From a virus (Duplodnaviria > Caudoviricetes), in IMG/VR virus record IMGVR_UViG_3300034091_000010, positions 1 through 44,245 of that record: a stretch of DNA of 44,245 nt. One strand, given 5' to 3'. The position numbers and the translations under genes are program-made. The notes beneath the pieces are model-generated. The model searched no databases. It had not been told where the DNA came from and worked only from the letters and a program-made list of their open reading frames with translations. Shown piece by piece: positions 17,020 to 25,299 of this stretch; the first letter of the stretch is position 1, and each line of letters begins with the position of its first letter.

Positions 17020-17028
17020 ATTATAACA
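17020..17028 (-). promoter_or_regulatory. extended -10 promoter of the GIY-YIG gene
   Basis: Minus strand reads TGTTATAAT, followed by a structured leader of about 135 nt. Confidence 0.6.
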
Positions 17029-17043
17029 CGATGGAGGCATTAT

Positions 17044-18282
17044 ATGGCCTTCGTTAACATGGTTCAACAGATGTTAGGCATTGCGGGCATGAACAGGGGC
17101 CTTGCAGCTACGTTAATCAATGAAGCATACACCTCAATCCAAGACGAAAATGCTTGGAATTTCCAGATACAAACTGGAGGTTGGTTAACCCCTGGAATGT
17201 TAGGCGGACCAAACTCTAACTTTTTAAGTCCCGGCACAATTACCGTCACGCCATTCACAAATACGATTACAGGAGATGCGGTTGCAACAGCAGCATGGAC
17301 GGCAACAGTTCCTTACCCTCCATTGCTTACACAGCAGCAAATTCGTGTACCCTATTATAGCCTTTACAATATTATCGCGCTAGGAAACAACGGAACGGTT
17401 GCCTATGCGACAATCCTGAGCGGTGGTTCTTCGCAGACGCCGGGAACCTATGTTGTACCTATTCTTGACCCCGGAATAGGCGCAGGAGGGACTGTTTCGA
17501 TTACGGTTAATGCCAATGGAACGGTAACTCTCCCTCCTGTTCTTTTAACAGCGGGAAACAACTATACAACTCCGTACATTACGTTTTCGCATGGAGGAAC
17601 AGCAGCGAAGTTCTCGGTCACATTGATTGCAACGCTGACAATTGATAGACCATGGGGAGAGCCTCAAATCATCAACGGGGGCTATCTTGTGTATCAGTGC
17701 TATTACCCTGCTCCAGCAGGGTTCAAAAGATGGCAAACCATAGTTGACACGACTAATAACTCTCCTATGGATTGGTGGAGTATGACACAGGAGGATTTGT
17801 CACAAGAAGACCCGCAGAGGACCGAATTTGACCAGCCAACCTTCGTTGTACCCTATGGTCCTGATACTAGGCAAGGGAGTTCGACTTATGGGCAAATGTT
17901 GTACGAACTCTATCCTCATCCTTTAAGTCAACTTCCATACACGTTTATGTGTCAGTGTAATCTACCACCTCTTGTTAACCCTACAGACACAATACCTGCC
18001 CCACTTACAGAGGAGTTGGTAAAGTGGAGAGCAATGGAGGTAGCGTATTTGTGGCGTGAGAGCCAAAAAGGGGACAAGATGGAGCGTGGGTCGGGGGCTA
18101 ATTGGCAATTCTTAGCTGGTGCGGCGAGGGCTGAATACGATAATCGCCTCAAAAAAATCAGAATTATGGACCGGCACCTTGGAGACATCTATTTCACCAA
18201 AGCCAGAATGAATGGCACATACAACAACGATTCACACACTAACACTAACGGAACGGCTTCGGTCGGCTCATTTGACCGATAG
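17044..18282 (+). CDS. head-tail adaptor-like virion protein with inserted beta-rich domain
   Basis: GGAGG RBS; N-terminal LINEAY...W helix, ELYPHP motif and C-terminal helices typical of adaptor proteins. Confidence 0.6.
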   Translation: MAFVNMVQQMLGIAGMNRGLAATLINEAYTSIQDENAWNFQIQTGGWLTPGMLGGPNSNFLSPGTITVTPFTNTITGDAVATAAWTATVPYPPLLTQQQIRVPYYSLYNIIALGNNGTVAYATILSGGSSQTPGTYVVPILDPGIGAGGTVSITVNANGTVTLPPVLLTAGNNYTTPYITFSHGGTAAKFSVTLIATLTIDRPWGEPQIINGGYLVYQCYYPAPAGFKRWQTIVDTTNNSPMDWWSMTQEDLSQEDPQRTEFDQPTFVVPYGPDTRQGSSTYGQMLYELYPHPLSQLPYTFMCQCNLPPLVNPTDTIPAPLTEELVKWRAMEVAYLWRESQKGDKMERGSGANWQFLAGAARAEYDNRLKKIRIMDRHLGDIYFTKARMNGTYNNDSHTNTNGTASVGSFDR

Positions 18283-18294
18283 GAGGAAACAGAA

Positions 18295-18696
18295 ATGCCA
18301 CCTTATCCCGGTAATGGTTTAGCAGCGCCCCTTGCATACACGAAGCAAGGATTGTTTTGGATAGGAGAAACAGTGCCAGTAGCGGCAACACAAGGATCAC
18401 TAAGTACAGCCTTTATGCTACAAAGGGTAGACTCAGCTTTCTATCCTTGGGGCTTTGCAGTAGAGGTACAGTTTTCCGGCGCTCCGGGGTCATTTGAAAT
18501 AGACATTATGGGGGCGGAAACGGAGAATGGGTATCCAAGTCCGGGGAATTATGTGAAGATTGGAAGCATTACTGCTGTTAACGCAAGCAATGTAGGGCGT
18601 TTTGAAACTACATCTTTGTACCCTAAGTATGTTGCATTGTACTTGGCCTCGCTTGCAAACTCTGGCGTTACGATAACGGCAAAGATTTCTAGGTAA
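18295..18696 (+). CDS. small beta-sandwich virion protein
   Basis: AGGAGG RBS; 133 aa with alternating hydrophobic strands. Confidence 0.65.
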   Translation: MPPYPGNGLAAPLAYTKQGLFWIGETVPVAATQGSLSTAFMLQRVDSAFYPWGFAVEVQFSGAPGSFEIDIMGAETENGYPSPGNYVKIGSITAVNASNVGRFETTSLYPKYVALYLASLANSGVTITAKISR

Positions 18697-18715
18697 GTAA
18701 AAAGGAAAAGACAAA

Positions 18716-20710
18716 ATGAAAAAATTTTTACCATTTATGTTTCTGTTCTCTGTTGGGGCAATAGCTCAGACGGCGGTTCTTCCTGTTTACGATTGCGTTA
18801 ATAATGGCACACAGGCTCTAACTTCCGGCATGAAATCAACCAATTATATGCAGGGAGTCGTACCTTACTGCACTGTTACAGTTTATCTAACCGGCACACA
18901 AATAATAGCGACAACTTCTCCTCAAACTCCATTTATAGCAAATAGTAATGGTTCAATTACTCCAATTTATGCAACTATAGGAACGGGATATGATGTAGTA
19001 TTTAGTAATAGTTCTCTAACTGTATGTCCAAATTGTTATACAAATCCAGTAACCTTAACTGATGTTTATATAATTGCAACTGGTGTTACCGTGCCCGTTC
19101 CTATTAATGAAGGCGGAACGGGCGCTGTAACGGCACCGGCTGCTTTAGCAAACTTGGGCGCTGCCGCGCTATCGGGTGCTGCATTTACCGGGCCTGTGTA
19201 TGTAAATAGCTACTTTGAAGTTGGTCCAAGCTCAATAGCAACTAGCGGCGTAGTGGGCATTACGCAGCCGGTGAACGCGACAACTTTTCCCGGTCTCGGT
19301 CCAGGATTTGCGTTTCACTCGCTCAGCACCAGCGGACTCATCTTCAACGCAGACGGCTTTTCCGGATGCTATCCCACAGATAATGATGCGTGCGCTTATG
19401 CTGATTTTGATGCAGAGGCGCAGCTTAATGGGGCAACGAATTTCAATCACTACGTCAGTGGCCAATTCAGGGGCATCTACAACGGAACCGGAGGCATTTC
19501 GTCGGGAAGCACTCCTCGCTGGGATGGCATAGATATAGCATTGGTAGCCACGGCTACCAGCGTTGGAGCGATCCCAACAATAGCAGGAATCCATATTTTC
19601 CCGCCAAACATCATGGCAGGATCAGCAGTGACTCTAGGTTCTGTTTACGGTTTGCAAATCGACAATATGCAGACGGTGATTCCGTTTGGAGGAGCGTCCA
19701 CCGCTATTTTGACTGGCACGGGATTAGTGCAGTTTGGCGATTCCACCTATATGCCACGTTTGCTACAAGGGTTTAGTGGAACGGCTCCCGATTTAGTCGA
19801 TGTTTATGCCTTACTGACCAACACGGGAATAGGAATGACAGTTTATCCGCCGAATGTTCTCGATGTTGATATGCAGTCAGGTAACATGATTGCGCTGCAT
19901 CCGTCAAGCAACAATACTGCTGATTATACAGATATAAAAGCTACATTTAGTAGCTCTACGAGTGTTTCCAATACACTGAGCTTCAATATAGCAACTGTTA
20001 CGGCGGGGACTACAAGTAACTCACTAACCTTGCGCGGCGATGGAAGTGTACTCTTGGGTAATTCCAATCTTATGCTGGTAAATGGGACTGGCTATTTCTA
20101 TGTTCCCGGTGGCGCATTTGCCACAACTTCACTTGGCACTGATGCTGTAGATATAGGAACGTCAGCAGCGAGCAGCTCATTCCCGCAATTAGTATTTCGT
20201 GGATGGAATAGTGGAGTTGGCGATCCGCGAATTGTGATTGTCACAAACGGATCATCAGACATTGGAATTGGCGATGATTCTACCGGAGGAATCAATCTCG
20301 GTTTTACTGCCGGTCCTGCTAGTGGATGGGGCACTATCGGCATGAATATCGCCATAACTTCGGGCGACGTGACAATGGGTACAATTAAATGGTTTCATGC
20401 CGCGCCTACAATCACTAGCGGTTTCGGCACGGGTGCCGCGATAAATAGTTCAGATGGACCTACGTCGTTTACGATGTCTACTGGCAGCGGTTCCTGGGGG
20501 TCAAGTGGTGTTATCGGTCTGCCATCAGCCGCAAATGACTGGAGTTGCACTTGTACTATCAGCAATAATGCCGTAAATTCAACAATCAACCGTTGTATGC
20601 AAACCAATGATTCGACAACAAGCGCGACGATCACCAATTTCAACTCAAGCGGAACGGCGACAGCATGGAATGCGAATGTTTATTTGCTGTTAAGCTGCTT
20701 CCCACACTAA
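18716..20710 (+). CDS. tail fibre/spike-like protein with N-terminal signal peptide
   Basis: MKKFLPFMFLFSVGAIA-Q signal-like start; VPINEGGTGAVTAPAALANLGA fibre motif; G/S/T/N-rich beta body. Confidence 0.7.
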   Translation: MKKFLPFMFLFSVGAIAQTAVLPVYDCVNNGTQALTSGMKSTNYMQGVVPYCTVTVYLTGTQIIATTSPQTPFIANSNGSITPIYATIGTGYDVVFSNSSLTVCPNCYTNPVTLTDVYIIATGVTVPVPINEGGTGAVTAPAALANLGAAALSGAAFTGPVYVNSYFEVGPSSIATSGVVGITQPVNATTFPGLGPGFAFHSLSTSGLIFNADGFSGCYPTDNDACAYADFDAEAQLNGATNFNHYVSGQFRGIYNGTGGISSGSTPRWDGIDIALVATATSVGAIPTIAGIHIFPPNIMAGSAVTLGSVYGLQIDNMQTVIPFGGASTAILTGTGLVQFGDSTYMPRLLQGFSGTAPDLVDVYALLTNTGIGMTVYPPNVLDVDMQSGNMIALHPSSNNTADYTDIKATFSSSTSVSNTLSFNIATVTAGTTSNSLTLRGDGSVLLGNSNLMLVNGTGYFYVPGGAFATTSLGTDAVDIGTSAASSSFPQLVFRGWNSGVGDPRIVIVTNGSSDIGIGDDSTGGINLGFTAGPASGWGTIGMNIAITSGDVTMGTIKWFHAAPTITSGFGTGAAINSSDGPTSFTMSTGSGSWGSSGVIGLPSAANDWSCTCTISNNAVNSTINRCMQTNDSTTSATITNFNSSGTATAWNANVYLLLSCFPH

Positions 20711-20719
20711 GGAGACGGA

Positions 20720-21022
20720 ATGACGAAATTTGCATTTGCATTTCTGCTTTTGGCCGGTTCGATGCTGACCTATGCTCAGGACAAACCTACCCCGAAGAAA
20801 GAGCCGACCGTGGCCGAAATGAAGCTGCAACTCGCGCAGAAAAGTGTCGAGATTGCGGACTTGAAGGAGCAGCTACTCCAGGCGACGGTGACAATTGGCT
20901 TGCTTCGGAATTTGCAGTATCAGGAGCAAGTGGTTCAACTTGCTAAGGAAAAACAGGCGGCACAACAGGCAGTTAAAGATGCACAGCCCCCAGAACCCGC
21001 GAAGAGTGTACAGGCACATTGA
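20720..21022 (+). CDS. exported coiled-coil protein
   Basis: AAGGAG RBS; signal peptide ending TYA-Q; heptad-like Leu/Gln pattern. Confidence 0.7.
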   Translation: MTKFAFAFLLLAGSMLTYAQDKPTPKKEPTVAEMKLQLAQKSVEIADLKEQLLQATVTIGLLRNLQYQEQVVQLAKEKQAAQQAVKDAQPPEPAKSVQAH

Positions 21023-21228
21023 TAAAGCCTACGGTTCTATTGCCGTTGGTGCAGCATGGAGATTGCTCGACCCGGCGCAGCAATAAACAATCGGGCCTCG
21101 CCGCCGACAGTAATAGCGGCCCCGAAGATCGGCGAGGGAGAACGGAAGTACGAGGTACGATGAGATGGCGGCACATGACGCGCAACAAGTCCGCGAGTGC
21201 ATGGGCAAATTTTCAGCGTTGGAGATAG
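21019..21228 (+). CDS. possible small ORF overlapping the next gene
   Basis: TTG start overlapping the previous stop; weak support. Confidence 0.25.
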   Translation: MIKPTVLLPLVQHGDCSTRRSNKQSGLAADSNSGPEDRRGRTEVRGTMRWRHMTRNKSASAWANFQRWR

Positions 21229-21620
21229 AGATGGCTACCGTGCAGGCAGAATTGAAACCCTTGAAAGAGGCGGTCACAAACTTCCGCTCTCTGGATCGAA
21301 ACGTAAATGAGTTTATGACCGAGTTCAGGACTCAGCGCAAGGACTCAGAGAAGGCATTGGAAACCGCTGCTCAGACTGTTGCTGCGACGCTTTCAAAATC
21401 AAATTTTCGGCGCGAAAACGCAGACTTCTGGTTCAGAATAATTATCGGCATACTCATGCTTCTTATTGCCATAGCCACTCTTCATCGCGAATGGAAGGCA
21501 TCAGGAATGGAGATGCCAAAATTCTACCAGCCCAAGACCACCGGCCAGCTATTGACGGCCCACAACCAGACGCAGGAAGCCGACACACTACCGCCCTACA
21601 AGGAGGGATACACGAGATGA
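21165..21620 (+). CDS. coiled-coil plus single transmembrane protein (holin/antiholin-like)
   Basis: GAGG RBS; coiled coil followed by FWFRIIIGILMLLIAIATL. Confidence 0.6.
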   Translation: MAAHDAQQVRECMGKFSALEIEMATVQAELKPLKEAVTNFRSLDRNVNEFMTEFRTQRKDSEKALETAAQTVAATLSKSNFRRENADFWFRIIIGILMLLIAIATLHREWKASGMEMPKFYQPKTTGQLLTAHNQTQEADTLPPYKEGYTR

Positions 21621-21823
21621 ACGCCAAACCAGAGGAACCGATTCAGTGGCCGTGCGGACATGAAGGAGAACCAGACTGCCCGCCGGTACAGTGCGTAAAA
21701 ATCCTTGCAAAGCTGACAAAGAGGGAACAGGCGGCTATTCATAGGCACTTCCAACGCTGCTATGACAACGGACGCAAGCACGAAAAGGAAGCGCAGCGGG
21801 CCTGCAAAAAAGGGCAAAAATAA
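21617..21823 (+). CDS. small hypothetical protein
   Basis: AGGAGG RBS; ATG 21617 in ATGA overlap; PCGHEGEPDCPP. Confidence 0.65.
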   Translation: MNAKPEEPIQWPCGHEGEPDCPPVQCVKILAKLTKREQAAIHRHFQRCYDNGRKHEKEAQRACKKGQK

Positions 21824-21826
21824 GCC

Positions 21827-21863
21827 TTGACAGGAAAAGTGGTAAAGTGGTAAATTCTACCAC
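21827..21863 (+). promoter_or_regulatory. promoter with overlapping operator-like repeats
   Basis: TTGACA-18 nt-(TGG)TAAATT; direct repeat AAAGTGGT x2; inverted repeat GTGGTA-AATTC-TACCAC; ATG 7 nt after the -10. Confidence 0.7.
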
Positions 21864-22055
21864 ATGAAGAAAACCGTCAAAGTTGACGAGGAACTCCATC
21901 GCCGCATCAGGGCACGTGTAGTGGAGCAAGGCGGAACTATCGAGCATTATGTGCACTGTGCGCTCTTGCACAGTCTCGGATTCAGAACGCTTGCTCCACG
22001 CAAGTCAAAAGACGCACGCAAGCGCACCAAACAGGAGGGACCATGCAAGTCCTAG
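21864..22055 (+). CDS. ribbon-helix-helix-like DNA-binding protein (leaderless)
   Basis: KTVKVDEELHRRIRARVVEQGGTIEHYVHCAL matches the beta-helix-G-x-T-helix RHH pattern. Confidence 0.7.
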   Translation: MKKTVKVDEELHRRIRARVVEQGGTIEHYVHCALLHSLGFRTLAPRKSKDARKRTKQEGPCKS

Positions 22056-22363
22056 TAGGGAATGATTGGAAATCAACCGTCGCCGGTTACGCAGGCTCCG
22101 TGCAGTCTATCGCGGCAGCACTCACAACGTTTTTAGCTGTGGTGGCCATGCAAGACCCCGCGCACAACTGGCTTTGGACTATCCTTGCAGCCGCCGTGAC
22201 GTGCGCTGCAACAATCGTTCGCATTATTATCGGCATCAAGATGAACTACGTCCAGAGCGACCCCAACATCGGAACGCTGGCAAACCCTCAAGTGGTCAAT
22301 GTAACGACTACCGGGCCTGTGCCCGAAGTAACGGCTCCCGGCGCTGTGCCGGTCAAGCAGTAG
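22043..22363 (+). CDS. two-transmembrane holin-like protein
   Basis: AGGAGG RBS; DWKSTVAG start followed by two hydrophobic helices. Confidence 0.6.
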   Translation: MQVLVGNDWKSTVAGYAGSVQSIAAALTTFLAVVAMQDPAHNWLWTILAAAVTCAATIVRIIIGIKMNYVQSDPNIGTLANPQVVNVTTTGPVPEVTAPGAVPVKQ

Positions 22364-22388
22364 CGCATCTTGCAGCGAAGGGGCGTAC

Positions 22389-22556
22389 ATGAGCGTTTTC
22401 AGCACACCGAAAGCTCCGCAGATACCATCTCCAAAAGGTGGGGTTTGCTTTGCTCACGGGAATTATGATGGCGCACAATGCCCACAATGGCCGTCTTGTA
22501 TAGCAATCGTAGCGAAACAGCAGAGGGCAAGCGGCCTGACACGGCAGGGAGGATGA
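22389..22556 (+). CDS. 55-aa hypothetical protein (not in ORF track)
   Basis: AAGGGG upstream; MSVFSTPKAPQ...CFAHGNYDGAQCPQWPSC...; fills the intergenic gap. Confidence 0.5.
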   Translation: MSVFSTPKAPQIPSPKGGVCFAHGNYDGAQCPQWPSCIAIVAKQQRASGLTRQGG

Positions 22557-22560
22557 GGCG

Positions 22561-22743
22561 ATGAATCTTGGGACTTTAAGACAAATTACTCGCGACTTGT
22601 CGGATGCCACGGAGATTTTCATCCGCGACCCACAAAAGTCGAAAGATAACGGGTATCGCGCTGTCGAGATAATCAATGTCGAATACGAGCCAGACGAAAG
22701 CGGTGAGGAATCAGTCGGCGTCGATTTCGTAATTTCTAAGTAA
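22561..22743 (+). CDS. small acidic hypothetical protein
   Basis: GGAGG RBS; MNLGTLRQIT...L.D..EI pattern common in small phage proteins. Confidence 0.65.
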   Translation: MNLGTLRQITRDLSDATEIFIRDPQKSKDNGYRAVEIINVEYEPDESGEESVGVDFVISK

Positions 22744-22787
22744 CCCCACGCGCTCCGGCGCACAACCGAATGAGAGGACACACGCAC

Positions 22788-23171
22788 ATGAAACGAATCG
22801 CAATCGCCGCAGTTCTGGCGCTGGCAGCTATCGGCGTCGTGGGCTGCAAGAGCATCAACGCACCACTCCCGCCCAACGCAATCAACGCAACGGATTCCGG
22901 CGTTAATCACACGTTACAGGCCGCTCACGCTGGCGCGAAACAATTCAACGATGATGTGCAGGCCGGGAAGTTCACTCCGACTCTCGCGGAAAAGGCCGCA
23001 TACGATTCGGTTGTGAACGCGCTTAACGTGGCCGATCCGCTCTACCAGCAATGGCATAAGGCTTTGGTTGCGAATCCTGACGCCGGGGAGCCGCAGCAAC
23101 TCATCAACGCGGTTGTGGTTGTGACCGCCAACATCAACACTGTGCTATCTGCAATCGGAAAGGTGAACTGA
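22788..23171 (+). CDS. lipoprotein (spanin-like candidate)
   Basis: MKRIAIAAVLALAAIGVVG-C lipobox; located in the lysis region. Confidence 0.7.
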   Translation: MKRIAIAAVLALAAIGVVGCKSINAPLPPNAINATDSGVNHTLQAAHAGAKQFNDDVQAGKFTPTLAEKAAYDSVVNALNVADPLYQQWHKALVANPDAGEPQQLINAVVVVTANINTVLSAIGKVN

Positions 23172-23172
23172 C

Positions 23173-23505
23173 ATGACAGCGATTATCACACTCGTTCTCG
23201 CGCTTCTGCCTTCGGTGCTAAAGTACACAGGCCTCAACACGAACCTCGACAGCCTGATTGTCGCGCTCGGTACGGCGCTCTCCGGCCTTATCTCTGGCCT
23301 TGTGAACAAACAGCCTGCTGAGGCCACCGTGCTGACCACGCTACAGGCCACAATCGCCGCGCTGGAAGCGGATACGAGCCTGGACCCGACCATCAGGGCA
23401 GATATTGCCGAGGGCGTTTCGGTATTGAAGGCTGGCATTACCGGCTGGCAGGCAGCGGACGCAAATACCGACCCGTCTACGCTGACACCGTTGCCGACTC
23501 TGTAA
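23173..23505 (+). CDS. hydrophobic helical membrane protein
   Basis: AAGGTG RBS; two hydrophobic N-terminal helices. Confidence 0.7.
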   Translation: MTAIITLVLALLPSVLKYTGLNTNLDSLIVALGTALSGLISGLVNKQPAEATVLTTLQATIAALEADTSLDPTIRADIAEGVSVLKAGITGWQAADANTDPSTLTPLPTL

Positions 23506-23522
23506 CAGCGGCTACCCCACAC

Positions 23523-23713
23523 AGCGGCGGGGCTACGGCTCTGCCGCTTACAAGTTGCGCGGGCGGGGTGCTATCCCGGAGGCTAGGGGATACCCGCCAT
23601 AACTACCAAAGAGACCAGTGCCGGATTCCGGGTCCGGTCCTCAGCGGTGGCCTAAACGGTAAACGAACCCGGCCCGCGCACAACACGTTCCCGGCTCTCG
23701 CAAGGGGGCCGGG
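23523..23713 (+). ncRNA. candidate structured RNA, copy A
   Basis: cUACGg hairpin 23524-23547; CAAGTTGCGCGGGC (23551-23564) pairing with CGGCCCGCGCA (23670-23680); internal hairpins; GCAA-loop hairpin near 23690-23713. Confidence 0.5.
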
Positions 23714-23730
23714 TTCGTGCGAAGGAGGAT

Positions 23731-23916
23731 GTGATGAGAAGGATCGAATGTGAAAATAGTACAGATGAAGTAATCCGTAGCGTCATGAAGGACATGCGTA
23801 TGTGTTCTTTCTGCGCTCGTTGTTCGTGGACGCCGCGTGAAATGTATACCGTCGTGAGAGAGATAATGCGACTGCGCTCTATGCTTGCATTGAAATCAAT
23901 GCAGGAGTCCCAATGA
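23731..23916 (+). CDS. small hypothetical protein
   Basis: AAGGAGG RBS; coupled to the next gene. Confidence 0.6.
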   Translation: MMRRIECENSTDEVIRSVMKDMRMCSFCARCSWTPREMYTVVREIMRLRSMLALKSMQESQ

Positions 23917-24176
23917 CCGCCTACGCACTAACAAGCCTACAGCCAGTAGCGCCGCTCCAGATTAAGTTCACCGATGAATTTCTTACGCACATGGTTAACA
24001 CGCCGAGACAGTATGATGCAACTTGCTGTGCTTTGGCTTTGGAAGTGATTCGACTCCGCGCCCAGATTAAGCAAGAACGCAAAGAGCATCAAGAGGATTT
24101 GCGTGACGCATCCCGAAGCGCATCCGATGAGGCGACATGGAAACACGTCCAAGGAGATGATTATGGGTCTTTCTGA
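23913..24176 (+). CDS. small hypothetical protein
   Basis: AGGAG RBS; ATGA overlap; LALEVIRLR coiled segment. Confidence 0.65.
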   Translation: MTAYALTSLQPVAPLQIKFTDEFLTHMVNTPRQYDATCCALALEVIRLRAQIKQERKEHQEDLRDASRSASDEATWKHVQGDDYGSF

Positions 24177-24360
24177 CGACGAATTAGTTGTCAAGTCGGT
24201 TTGGAAGAGCGCCCATGCCGTTCAGGACTTTCCCGGCAAGGTGACCATACGTCGTTTTAGCCCTTACAAAAAGGTTAAGATCGAGGGCGAAGGCAAGACG
24301 GTTGCAGAAGCATGGAAGAATACAGCAGACAAGATTCGCGCTATTTGGGAGGCCGCATGA
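24163..24360 (+). CDS. small hypothetical protein
   Basis: AAGGAG RBS; start at 24157 or 24163; GEGKTVAEAWKN motif. Confidence 0.65.
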   Translation: MGLSDDELVVKSVWKSAHAVQDFPGKVTIRRFSPYKKVKIEGEGKTVAEAWKNTADKIRAIWEAA

Positions 24361-24698
24361 TCTCAAGCATCCCCTGGACCGCACCCGCGCCCGTACAGCC
24401 GGCAGGACTCCTCTACACGCCGGGAGACGTGCTGGCAGAGATTATCGCCAAGAAAACGGCAAAGTTTGACGCAGCGGGATTATGCCAATGGACGTATCAA
24501 TCTTGCCGGTGGTGTCGGGAGGGTTACGGTCCTGCGGTGGAATCCTCTGTAACGCCTGGATGGTTTGTGCATCCTGATACGCCCGTGGGACGTGTTGCGT
24601 GTGGTGTTCAAGATAGGATTAGATTCCCAAAATGTGCTGATTGCGGACGCTCGGACGATCATCATGAAGAAGGATGCTCTGGGAGGTATGGACAATGA
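24357..24698 (+). CDS. Cys-rich hypothetical protein
   Basis: GGAGG RBS; ATGA overlap; CRWC and CADC...H...C. Confidence 0.65.
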   Translation: MISSIPWTAPAPVQPAGLLYTPGDVLAEIIAKKTAKFDAAGLCQWTYQSCRWCREGYGPAVESSVTPGWFVHPDTPVGRVACGVQDRIRFPKCADCGRSDDHHEEGCSGRYGQ

Positions 24699-25060
24699 AC
24701 GTACTACACAGCATCCCGCCGCCTCACGCGGTCACGACAGGACACGCCGGCTGGCTCTATACCCCTGCAACGGACCTCTGCGCGTGGGCCTGGTACGCCC
24801 TGGTAGCCGTGGCCCTGATTTGGCTTCTGCCGGGGCAGCTTGGGGAGTCGATCAAGGCGCTGTGGGGGCCTGTGGGCGCGTGGATTGCCGCCTTGCCGGG
24901 GCTGCTGGCCATGGGCTGGTGGGGTTGGATGGTGCTGGGCGTCCTAGAGTCTCCGAGGGTGCTGGAAAATGTTTTACCCGACTTTCTATGGAAAACCATA
25001 GGCAGGGAGCAGCTTCGGCGGCTTGGCTTTCCGGGGTTCATCCCACCGGAGACGACCTGA
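24695..25060 (+). CDS. membrane protein with two transmembrane helices
   Basis: GGAGGT RBS; ATGA overlap; Trp-rich hydrophobic segments. Confidence 0.65.
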   Translation: MNVLHSIPPPHAVTTGHAGWLYTPATDLCAWAWYALVAVALIWLLPGQLGESIKALWGPVGAWIAALPGLLAMGWWGWMVLGVLESPRVLENVLPDFLWKTIGREQLRRLGFPGFIPPETT

Positions 25061-25151
25061 TGGGGGTATGATTGAGTTTGCCGGTCAGATTCACGGTAAC
25101 GGATGCGCTGAGTATTTGTGTCTAATGGCAGGCATCGACCGGCACAGTTTC

Positions 25152-25256
25152 GCGGCTGTTATGGCCGCATCAAGTTGCGCGGGCAAGGTGAGCGCCTTAG
25201 TCCTATCATTCTAAAGCCACCTATGTTTCCCGGAGACGGCGAGACGGCCCGCGCAA
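25152..25256 (+). ncRNA. candidate structured RNA, copy B
   Basis: GCGGC..GCCGC hairpin 25152-25168, then CAAGTTGCGCGGGC (25171-25184) pairing with CGGCCCGCGCA (25245-25255); same flanks as copy A. Confidence 0.5.
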
Positions 25257-25299
25257 TCCGTTTCTAACGGAGGCAGAGCAGAAGCAACGGAGGCAGAGA

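Noticed and set aside
15954-17057. 367-aa plus-strand ORF
   Set aside because: Antisense shadow of the GIY-YIG/AP2 gene, which has clear motifs, a promoter and an RBS; the shadow has no recognisable features.
23593-23652. Superficial resemblance to a twister ribozyme (CCGCC-ATAAC...TGCCGG...CCGG)
   Set aside because: The conserved GUCCxAAGC loop and pseudoknot partners are not present.
23557-25255. Copies A and B as tRNA genes
   Set aside because: Acceptor-like stem only; no TTCRA T-loop, canonical D arm or CCA.
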